Assembly (NCBI GenBank): GCA_963575745.1
Contig: CAUYUJ010000120.1
Span: forward strand, 1-64,000
From: Prorocentrum cordatum
Taxonomy: Eukaryota
Direction: 5' to 3'
DNA: 64,000 nucleotides
Numbering within the stretch: the first letter of the stretch is position 1; every line of letters starts with the position of its first letter. Under the pieces are notes generated by a model that did not search any database, had not been told where the DNA came from, and was given only the letters and a program-made list of their open reading frames with translations. The translations under genes were made by a program, and so were the position numbers. This document shows positions 25,994 to 36,390 of the stretch, one piece after another.

Positions 25994-28398
25994 CGCATTC
26001 ACAGGTCTGAGCCGAAGTATTCGTTTTCTCCGAGACATCTGGAGAGGTGCTGTCGATTTTCGCATGTAACTTGGGCTGTAGGAGAGCTATGGAGCTCGTG
26101 CGCACAGAAAACCATCCAGAAGCATGAGGAGCGTTTGGCTGGTGCATCGAGAGGTCTGAAATCGTTTGGGCTGAAAATCGTTTGGGCTGAAAAACTATTC
26201 GTTCTCTGTAATTTTTCTCGACATTATATATGTTCAGGAAGCTCTACGAGTCTCCCGGCGGTTCCCAAGGTTGACGGTTTACCGCCGGCGTCCAGTCGGC
26301 CCAGCCGGCCAAGGCGGACAATGTGGTAACTTTTGGGTGGTTTTGCAAAAATTGAAAGATATTCGACAATTCATTTTGAAAAAGCAGATTTTTCGCACCT
26401 GTAAACGACTATAAGGGCCTCTCTGTCTTAGTATGAGCTCCGTAGGCGCACTCTCACTATCAAAACACTTGGAGGAACCATCTTCATGTCGAAAAAATTA
26501 ATTTTTCCTCTTTTCGAGAAATGCTTCTAGAAGCTCTCTCTTTCGACTCTGAGCACTCTCACGCGTGAAAGGAGCTCTACGAGGTTCCCGGCAGTGACCA
26601 GGTTGACGGTTCACCGCCGGCGCCAGTCTCTTTGCTCTTCGGGTTTTGGACGCTGCCAAGTGACGAGGGCCTCGAACCTTGTCCACTGTGCGCCTGAGGA
26701 TCCCCAGGCTTACGCTTGTAAGGTGGAGATTACCTTCACGGCAAATGACTCGTAGAGCTTCCCCAAGCTAGCAGCTGAAAGCTTAAGAGTAATTCGGACG
26801 CACTGGCGGGCTAGTTGGCTTGAAAATTCCTGGAACTTTTGCTGACTTTTGGTCAGTTACAAGTTATGTTCTCAAATTCAACAATTTGTTTGAGCTCTAG
26901 TATTTTATCCCGTGATATTGAATCTTATTCCCGCTCGCCATCTTGATCTCAGCTCGATCGGGTGCATATTACTATCGAAAAGCGCTGAAGCGGGATCGGC
27001 CGTTTTGAGTCATCTTGATACGCGCTGACGGTTTTCTGAACATAACTTGAGCTTTAGGAGAGCTACAGAGCTCGTAAGCACAGCTAATCGATGTAGAATG
27101 ATTAGGCGCGTTCGCCTGTTGAATCCAGAGGTCTGAACTCGGTCTCTTAGCCGAGCTAGGTCCGCATACCTATTCGTATTGTAACTCGTAGAGCTTCCCT
27201 TAGCAAGTTGCTGGAAGCTTAAGAGTATTCTGGGGCGCTGGGGAGCTAGTTGGCAAGAAAATTCTCGACGGACCTTTTGATGACTTTTGGTGGGTTGAAA
27301 ATTTTGTTCTCGAAACTTAACGCGAGCTATAGGACAGCTACAGAGCTGATGCGTACAGAATCTGATTCAGAATCATCAGTGGCCGTTGTCTGTTGAATCC
27401 AGAGCTCTGAACTCGGTCTGCTGCCCGATCTAGAATCGCGAAACTATTCGTATTGTTCGAGTCATCTTGAGAGATGCTGTCGGTTCTCTGCACTCAACTC
27501 GGGCTGTGGGGGGGTCTGCATGGCTGGTCATGACTGGAATCGATTCGGAGACATCCGCTGCGTCCGCCTTTCGAATCTAGAGCTCCGAACTCTGTCTGCT
27601 GCCCAAACTAGGTCCGCGAAACTCTTCGTATTGTTCGAGTCATTCTGAGAGCTGCTGTCGGTTTCCTGCACTTAACTCGGGCTGTAGGGGGGCTGCAGGG
27701 CTGGTTATCACAGGAATCGATTCAGAGACATCAGGCGCGTCCGCCTGTCGCATGCAGAGATCTGAACTCGGTCTGATACTCGAGCTAGGTTTGCCAAACT
27801 TTTCGTTTTGTTCGAGTCATCTTGAGAGGTGCTCTCGACTTACGCACGTAACTCGGGCTGTAGGAGAGCTACAGAGCTCGTACAGAAGACAATCCAGAAG
27901 CATCGGGGGCGTTCGGCTGTTACATCGGAGAGGTCTGAAATTGCTTGGGCTGAAAAATTATTTTTCCAGTGTGATTTCTTTTCGACATTATATGTTATCA
28001 GGAAGCTCTACGAGTCCCCCGGCAGTAACGAAGGTTGACGGTTTACCGCCGGCGCCCAGTTCGAGTCATCATAACAGGAACTCTCGGTTTTCTGTGCTTC
28101 ACTCGAGATGTAGGACAGCTACAGAGCTGATATTTACAGAAACCGATGCAGAATTATCAGTTTCGTTTGTCTGTAGAATCCAGAGCTCTGAACTCGGTCT
28201 GCTGCCCGATCTAGAATCGCGAAACTATTCGTACTGGTCGAGTCATCTTCAGAAGTGCTCTCGGTTTTCTGCACTCGACTCGCGCTGAGGGGGGATACAG
28301 TGCTGGTGGTCACAGGAATCGATTTGAAGACATCAGGCGCGTCCGCCTGTCGAATCCAGAGTCGGAACTCGATCTGCCGCCCGAATTTGGTTAGCAAA

Positions 28399-28794
28399 AC
28401 TGGCGCCGGCGGTGAACCGTCAACCTGGTCACCGCCGGGAACCTCGTAGAGCTCCTAGCACGTGTAAGAGTGCTCAGCATCAAAAGAAAGGGCTTCTGGA
28501 AGTTTTTCTCAAAAGAGAGAAACATTTTTTTTTCATGTCGACATGAAGATGGTTCCGCCAAGTGTTTTAGTAGTAAAAGGGCATGTACAGAGCTCATATT
28601 AAGACGCAGAGGCCCTCATAGTCTTCTACAGGTGCGAAAAATCTGCTTTCTCAAAATAAATGGTCAAATATTTTCAAACATTCGCAAAGCCACCCAAAAG
28701 TTGCCACATTGTCCGCCTCGGCCGGGTGGGCCAACTAGCTCCACCCCGCGCCGGAATTCCTCTAGCTCATCGATAACGAAGAGCTCTACGAGGT
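28399..28794 (-). mobile_element. Short-family element in inverted orientation inside a 178-bp unit
   Basis: Flanks GCAAA-AC and AC-TACTGTATTG rejoin to the empty site GCGAAACTACTGTATTG at ~13461. Confidence 0.85.
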
Positions 28795-31700
28795 ACTACT
28801 GTATTGTTCGAGTCATCTTGAGAGGTGCTGTCGGTTTTCTGCACTTAACTCGGGCTGTAGTGGGGCTGCAGGACTGGTAATGACAGGAGTCGATTCGCAG
28901 ACATCAGACGCGTCCGCCTGTTGCAATCAGAGGTCGAAAAATATTCACTATGAGTCGGAATGTTGGTAGGTGCTGTCGGTTTTCTCAACTTAAGTCGAGC
29001 TAGGAAGCTCTACGAGTCTCCCGGCGGTAACCAAGGTTGACGGTTTACCGCCGGCGCCCAGTAACTCGTAGAGCTTCCCTTAGCAAGTTATTGCTGGAAG
29101 CTTAAGAGTAATTCCGGGGCGCTGGAGAGCTAGTTGGCAAGAAAAATCTCGACGGACATTTTGAGGAATTTTGGTTGGTTGAAAATTAGGTTCTCGAAAT
29201 TCAACCATTCGTACCTCGTAGGCCGACCCGGCCTTAAGAGACAACGTGGTGACTGTGGGTCGGTTTTGTTAAGATTTCAAAGATATTTGACAATTCATTT
29301 GGAGAAACCAGATTTTTCTCACGTGTAGTGGGTTATGCCGCGTCTGCCACTTAAATTATCAGGTTCGTAGTTGCAATATTGCTATCGAAAGACTTGCAGG
29401 AACCGCTTTTGGATGGAAACCGAAAAATCGTAGTTTTTCGAATTTTTCGGCTCTCGCTTTAGAAGCTTCCTTCATGTTTGCCGAGGAGCGCTGTGCAAGA
29501 AAAGAGCTCTACGAGGTGCCCGGCGGTAACCTGCTCTAGCGCCGGCGGTGAACCGTCAACCTGATCACCGCCGGGAACTCGTAGAGCTCCTTTCACTCGT
29601 AAGAGTGCTCAGAGTCGGAAGAGAGACCTTCTCGAGGTATTTCCCGAAAAAGGCAAAATTGATGTTTTTTTCATGTCGACATAAAAGATGGTTCCCCAAG
29701 TGTTTTGATAGTAAAAGTTCGTCTATAGAGCTCATATTAAGACGAAGAGGCCCTCATAATCGTTTACAAGTGCGAAAAATCTGCTTTGAGAAAAACCTCG
29801 ACGGACCTTTTGGTGACTTTTGGTCGGTTGAAAATTTTGTTCGCGAGATTCCTCAATTCGTTTGAGCTCTAATTTTTTTCCCGTGATATTCGATATTATT
29901 CCCGCTCGCCATCTTGATCTCAGCTCGATCGGATATTTTTTATTGCCAAAAAGCGTCCAGGCGGGACCGGCCGTTTCGAGTCATCTTGATACGCGCTGTC
30001 GGTATATTGAACCTAGCTCGAGATATAAGACAGCTACAGATCTGGTAAGCACACCTTATCGATTCAGAATGATCAGGCGCGTTCGGCTGTTGCAACCAGA
30101 GGTCTGAACTCGGTCTGCTAGCCGAGCTAGGTCCGCAACCCTATTCGTTTTATTCGAGTCATCTTGACAGGCGCTATCGGTTTTCTGTTTTTGACTCGAG
30201 CTATAGGACAGATACAGAGCTGATACTTACAGAAGCCGATTCAGAATCATCAGTCGCGTTTGTCTGTTGAATACAGAGCTCTGAACTCGGTCTGCTGCCC
30301 GATCCAGAATCGCGAAAATGTTCGTATTGTTCGAGTGATCTTGAGAGGTGCTGTCGGTTTTCTGCACTTAACTCGGGCTGTAGGGGGGCTACAGTGCTGC
30401 TGGTGACAGCAATCGATTTGGAGACATCAGGCGCGCTCGCCTGTGGAATCCAGAGCTCGGAACTCGGTCTGCTGCCCGAACTCGGTCCGCGAAACTGTTC
30501 GTATTGTTCGAGTCATCCTGAAAGATGCTGTCGGCTTTCTGCACTTAACTCGGGCTGTAGGGGGGCTGCAGGGCGGGTAATCACTGGAATCGATTCGGAG
30601 ACATCAGACGCGTCCGCCTGTCGCATTCAGAGGTCTGAACTCGGTCTGATACTCGAGCTGGGTTTGCCAAACTATTCGTTTTGGTCGAGTAATCTTGAGA
30701 GTCAGGAAGCTCTACGAGTCCCCCGGCGGTAAGAAAGGTTGACGGTTTACCGCCGGCGCCCAGTTGGTCGACCCGATCAGAAAGGACAAAGTGGTAACTT
30801 TTGGATGTTTTCGCGAATATTTGAAAGATATTTGACAATTCATTTTGAGAAAGCAGATGTTTGGCACCTGTAGTGGGTTATGTCGCGTCTACCAGTCAAT
30901 TTTCAGGTCTGTAGGTGCAGTATTACTATCAAAACACTTGGGGGAACCGATGTTGAATAAAAACAGAAAAACGTGATTTTTGCAGTTTTTGGTTTCTCGC
31001 TCCAGAAGCTTTCTTCATGTGTTTCGACGATCGCCGTGCAAAGAAAGAGCTCTACGAGCTTCCCGGCGGTAGCCAGGTTGACGGTTTACCGCCGGTTCCA
31101 AGTTAGAGCTCTAGTACTTTTTCCCGTGATATTGGATTTTATTCCCGCTCGCCATCTTGATCTCAGCTCGATCGGGTACCTTTTACTGCCAAAAAGCACT
31201 GCGGCGGGATCGGCCGTTTCGAGTCATCTTGATTCGCGCTGTCGGTATACTGAACTTAACTCGAGATATAGGACAGCTACAGGGCTGGTAAGCACACCTT
31301 ATCGATTCAGAATGATCAGGCGCGTTCGGCTGTTGCAACCAGAGGTCTGAACTCGGTCTGCTAGCCGAGCTAGGTCCGCAACCCTATTCGTATTATTCGA
31401 GTCATCTTGACAGGCGCTCTCGGTTTTCTGTACTTAACTCGAGCTATAGTACAGCTACAGGGCTGATACTTACAGAAACCGATTCAGAATCATCAGTCGC
31501 GTTTGTCTGTTGAATACAGAGCTCTGAACTCGGTCTGCTGCTCGATCCAGAATCGCGAAACTATTCGTATTGTTCGAGTGATCTTGAGAGGTGCTGTCGG
31601 TTTTCTGCACTTAACTCGGGCTGTAGGGGTGCTACAGTGCTGGTGGTGACAGCAATCGATTCGGAGACATCAGGCGCGTCCGCCTGTGGAATCCAGAGCT

Positions 31701-32380
31701 CGGAACTCGGTCTGCTGCCCGAACTCGGTCTGCGAAACTGTTCGTATTGTTCGAGTCATCCTGAAAGATGCTGTCGGCTTTCTGCACTTAGCTCGGGCTG
31801 TAGGGGGGCTGCAGGGCGGGCAATCACAGGAATCGATTCGGAGACATCAGACGCGTCCGCCTGTCGCATCCAGAGGTCTGAACTCGGTCTGATACTCGAG
31901 CTGGGTTTGCCAAACTATTCGTTGTGTTCGAGTCATCTTGAGAGGTGCTGTCGATTGACGCACGTAACTCAGGCTGTAGGAGAGCTACAGAGCTCGTACA
32001 GAAGACAATCCAGAAGCATCGGGTGGCGTTCGGCTGTTGCATCGAGAGGTCTGAAATCGCTTGGGCTGAAAAACTATTCGTTCTCTGCAATTTTTTTCGA
32101 CATTATATATTGTCAGGAAGCTCTACGAGTCCCCCGGCGGTAAGAAAGGTTGACGGTTTACCGCCGGCGCCCAGTGTTTCAGCTCCTGTCGGGTCTGCTG
32201 CCACGACGCTTGAAGAGGGCTGGGAGCTGGTCAGCCGTTCCCATCCTCGCGTGACGCCCCAGCTTAGGACCGTGGTAGAGGAGGAGGGTAACAGCACAGA
32301 CAGTACGGAGACCATGATGGAGGACATGGAGGAATGCGTTGATTTAGGCTCGGGGAGGCTCGGGTCAGGGAACCATAATC

Positions 32381-33463
32381 ATGACAGAAGGGGACGCCCG
32401 CGCGCGCTCGCAGGGACTGCGCGCATCAGAGCGCGCAATTGGATCGTGCGAGCAAAGCGCGTTGGCGACAGCGGTTGCTGTTGGTTTGTTTGGCCGTGGA
32501 AGGCGTGTGCGCCAGGCGTGGAAAGCCGTGTGCGATGCCGCCCGGGAGTCCGAGACCCGGAAGAGGCGCGGTTTGGACGAGAGCGACGATGTCCCATTGC
32601 CGTCGCCGCAGCTCGCTGAATTGAGCGAGCAGTTCTTCGCTCGGTATAAGATGGCGTACCCAGCGGAGTGTGAGCCGTCCGAAGCGCTGGTCAGTAAGAT
32701 CAGCAGGGAGCTGGGCAGGCGCCAGGTGACGATGATGAGTGTATGGAAGGTCCGCACGTTGCTGAATGCCGCGAGGGCTGCCAGGAAGCGGCAGCGCATT
32801 GGGGATGTCGAATTCGTGTGCGATGAGAAGGAAGATCCGGATCCCGCGAAGGACTTGAAAACCTATATCGCGTTGCACCAGGTTCTCATGGTGGCATACG
32901 CGCGCGCTGGGGTGAAGCCGATTGACCCGGCGCCCGGGACGCCAGAGAAGGCGTCTTCGGATACGACGGATTTCGTGCAGATTCCGTTGGATGTCGCGAT
33001 GGCCTACCATTTCCGTTTGGTCAAGTACGCCAGTGCGATGCCGTTCTCGATTGCGCTGCCTAACGTCGTGCGTCGGGACGAGGAGGAGCGCGCTTGGTGG
33101 ACGGACAGGGTCCGCACCAGCGAGCTGAGCGTCGGGAAGATAATCCGCGAGGGCTTGCAGACTCGCGAGGTCATGTGGAGCCCGCCCTCACCGCCAGCTC
33201 CCGGGCCGCAGCGGCCGCCGACGAGCGTCGGGCGGAGCCAGCGGACAGGTGGCAAGGGCGCGCAGTTGGGCGATCGGTTGAAAGACGGAACCCAGGTGTG
33301 TCGCAAGTTCAACGCCGGGGAGTGCTCCGAGCCGTGCCCTCGCGGGTATAAGCACGTCTGTTCCGTCGTGATCAACAAGACGGGGCGCTTGTGTGGCATG
33401 TCGAACCACTGCGCCCTCAAGTGCACCAGGAGCCCGGGTCTCAGTTTTTGGTTTCCCTGTTAG
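32381..33463 (+). CDS. Gag-like protein with C-terminal Cys/His zinc-finger region; may splice (33430-33565) and end at TGA 33618-33620
   Basis: 360-aa ORF with CRKFNAGECSEPCPRGYKHVC..LCGMSNHCALKC, lying upstream of RT. The N-terminus overlaps repeat A and may be truncated. Confidence 0.7.
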   Translation: MTEGDARARSQGLRASERAIGSCEQSALATAVAVGLFGRGRRVRQAWKAVCDAARESETRKRRGLDESDDVPLPSPQLAELSEQFFARYKMAYPAECEPSEALVSKISRELGRRQVTMMSVWKVRTLLNAARAARKRQRIGDVEFVCDEKEDPDPAKDLKTYIALHQVLMVAYARAGVKPIDPAPGTPEKASSDTTDFVQIPLDVAMAYHFRLVKYASAMPFSIALPNVVRRDEEERAWWTDRVRTSELSVGKIIREGLQTREVMWSPPSPPAPGPQRPPTSVGRSQRTGGKGAQLGDRLKDGTQVCRKFNAGECSEPCPRGYKHVCSVVINKTGRLCGMSNHCALKCTRSPGLSFWFPC

Positions 33464-33620
33464 CTTAAAGGGGGCGGCCCGGGTCCGGGGGCGCCCTGGG
33501 TCCGGGAAAGGCGACGGTTAGCGCCGAATGTTCGGAACACCCGGCGTTGTAGTTTGCGACACGAGGAACGCGAGCGGGGGCGCGGCCGACGGCGGCAAGC
33601 GCGGCCGCAAGGGCGATTGA

Positions 33621-36390
33621 AACGCACCCGCTGCCGCGCCGCCCGCCGCGGCAGAAGGGGCAGTCACCAGTGGGGTCGCGTGCCCCAGCGTCGTGGGCGT
33701 GCGATGGAGCCAGGCGGACATCGCTGTGAAAATTCGGAAGTCCTTTCCGGAAGAGTGGCTGGTGGGCGTTCCCATCCCGTTCTTGCAAGACTTGTTGAAT
33801 ACTTCGCCATTCGTTGATTTCGCCATCTGGGCGGAGCTGCAGGACGAAGGACTACCTCTGGGATGTTCTCTGGGCAGAAATTCCAAGGGGCGCGCGAGCG
33901 CCGTGTTGGGTCGCCAGGCAGGCGTGCTCGACCACAGGCTAGCGCTGGCGCCGGTTATCGAACTCGGCGTGGGGGAGCGGGCACACCTCGCTCAATGCAT
34001 CGAATTCGCGAGCGCGGGGCGATTGCCATTCGACGATGAGTACATGGCACCCGTTGATTTGAAGTATGCTGCCTTTGCCACGGTTGCGTTCGCGTGGGCC
34101 GGTGGTAATCGGCTGAGGCAGTGGCGCGAGTCTTGCGCCGGGGCGTTGAAGGAGCTTAGTCAAAGGCTGGCGCCGGTGTCCCGCGCCCTTCGGCTCTGGC
34201 AAAGCCCCTCAGTACATGCCGTGGCGCAGAACACCCACATCGCGCTGATTTGTGTTCTGACTTGGGTGATGGGTTGGCCGGATTGGCAGCTGGCCCAGAG
34301 ATTTGTGACCGGCTTCAATATCGTGGGGCGATTGGAGGAGACGGGTGTCTGGGAGCGGTGCGAAAGTTCGGAACCTGTTTCTGAAGACCGCTTGTTGGCG
34401 GAGTCCACCGCGCTTTTACGTTCCAGGGACAAGCGACGGGTTGATCCTGAGGCTGAGTTTCTTTGGGAATCATGCTTGAAGGAATGCGAGAAGGGCTGGG
34501 CTGCTCCTCTGGCGTCGCTGGCCGCGATGGACCGCGAGTACGGCGCCGGGCGCTGGGCGGCCGTGCCGTCGTTCGTGCACGTGCAGCAGAACGGCAAGCG
34601 TCGGCGGATAGACGATGCTAAAGCCGGTGGGCAGAACGGCGCGACGGTGTACCCTGAGAAGTGGCACTTGCCATCAGCGTTCACGCCTGCATTGTATGGC
34701 AAAGTCTTGAGGCAGCGGTCGGGAGGTACGCCAAACACCGGAGGTGGCCTTTTCCCCCTCCCCGCCGGCCGGTGTGTCGCGGGTTTCCCGCGGGCCGTTC
34801 CCCCGGGTCCGTTCGTGTGGGCCTAGTGGGCCCCTCCGGTGTCCAAGGGGCGTGGTCCGGCCCGGTGTTTGGCGTGCGCCCTCAGGCAGGAAGCTGCGGC
34901 GGGAGGCTTTGCCGATGAGGGCTTAACCCTTGAGACTGGAGGCGAGGACCTGCCGGACGCATACAGGTCCGTGCCGGTCAATCCCGCGCAGCTGCGATAT
35001 AACGTCATTGCGGCGCGGGAACCGCGCAGCGGGGAGTGGCGATACTTGACTGCATTCGCCATGCTGTTCGGCTTGTCGTCGAGTGTTATGAATTTCATGC
35101 GGTGGTCTGCCTTTCTGGAAGCCGCTGCCAGGCGCGTGGCGGCATTGTTGCACACAATGTATGTCGATGATGGCAGTCTTGGGGACCTCGGATTGGCGAA
35201 AGGCTCGGGACAGGCTTTACTCAACGTCTTGTTTTCGGAGTTGGGTACCCCGAATGCCAGCGCGAAGCAGCAGCGCATGGCCGCCACTGGGGCATTCTTG
35301 GGAGTCGATCACGACGTGTCTCGGGTTTTTGAAGGCAGAGGGGTGGTCTCCTTTTGGCCGAAGGCCAGCATGATTGACAAAATCAAAGGCCTGCTCGCGG
35401 AGCACCGTGCGCGGAACAGCCTGACACCAGCGGAGGCCTCGAAGCTCCGGGGCATTCTGCAGTGGTCGTCCTCCGCGATGTTCAACGGCGTCGGCAGCGC
35501 CGCGATGGCGCCGCTGAAGCAGAGGCAGTACACTGACGCGCCTCCGTGGGCGTTATCCCACGCGATTCGGCGGTGCTTCGATTACTTCGAATTTGTAATA
35601 GACCTTGCCCCGAAGAGAAGCGTCGACGTGAGCCCGCCCTCGTGTCCGCTGATTGTGATCGCAAGCGACGCGCGGGCTGACGGGGCGACCGCGCCCACAG
35701 GCGGCTACCTCCTGGTCGATTGCTTGACAGGGGAGCGTGTGGGAGGATGGTGTGTATTCGACGATGCCATACTCGCGGAGTGGGGTTTCTCGCCGGCGGA
35801 CCGGGAGAGGGGCGCGAATCCGATCGCCCTCTGTGAGGGGGCCATGGTCCCCATTGTCCTGGCGCAAGAGGCGCGGAGGTGCCGAGGGAGGCGCATCCTG
35901 TGGGTGCTTGACAACACGAGCGCTCTCCACAGCTTCGTGAGTGGCAGGTGCGACCATGCTACCCTGGACCGGAGCGTCAAGCTTATGAATTTCTTCAAGG
36001 CGCGCGCCGCGAGGGCAAATCGCGGGGGGACGCGCCGTGCAGCGTGTCGCGCCAGTTTCACTGCGACATGTCCACCTGGCTCGAGTGGGTAGACTCGAAA
36101 AGCAACTGGTCGGACGGGATCTCACGGCGCGCCGTACGCGCGCGGGGGCGGCCTTCCCCCGAGTCGTCCACTCGCGCGGTGCCAGGCGGCTCGGCGAGGA
36201 TAGCTTCGCCCGGGAGAATGGTTTTCGTACCGGCGAGGTGAGAGTGGACCCGGCCGCGTGGCGCGGGTGCTTACTAGACGCGTGGCGTTGGGTGCTACGG
36301 CGCGCGGAAGGCGCGATCCGCGAGGGCAATTCGCGGGGGGTGGGCCGCGGCGTGCAGCGTGCCGCGCCAGGCTCAGTGGATTCGCCGTAA
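33621..36390 (+). CDS. DIRS-type reverse transcriptase-RNase H (pol) in five putative exons
   Basis: RT motifs KRRRIDD, EDLPDAYR, MLFGLSSSVMNF, YVDD. RNase H motifs IASDA, ALCEG, LDNTSA, WVDSKSNWSDGISR. The frame is continuous after removing 34712-34885, 36000-36055, 36127-36185 and 36311-36370. Confidence 0.85.

Larger units (their letters stand above)
1..32175 (+). repeat. Nested array of non-autonomous hairpin-ended elements (Helitron2/Helentron-like), almost all in + orientation
   Basis: Roughly 30 copies of a 3' end (GG)AAGCTCTACGAG..CCGGCGGT(A/G)A..GGTTGACGGTT(T/C)ACCGCCGG..CCAGT and many 5' ends (AC/GA/AA)CTCGTAGAGCT. ORFs here are short repeat translations without protein motifs. Confidence 0.9.

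Noticed and set aside
26662..26746. Short unique segments between elements (also ~12130-12195 and 40749-40845) as acquired spacers
   Set aside because: Variable length with no constant flanks. More simply remnants of DNA fragmented by insertions, though they cannot be assigned without a search.
337..32143. Many 60-220 aa ORFs such as SSELGLLPELG and RRVRLLNPE types
   Set aside because: Chance translations of the 178-bp unit and element ends, with frames not conserved between copies.
1..32175. CRISPR array or integron cassette array suggested by recurring palindromic motifs
   Set aside because: Intervening sequences are themselves repeats of 0.2-1.5 kb, not unique spacers or gene cassettes. 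No cas or integrase gene is present and the context is eukaryotic.
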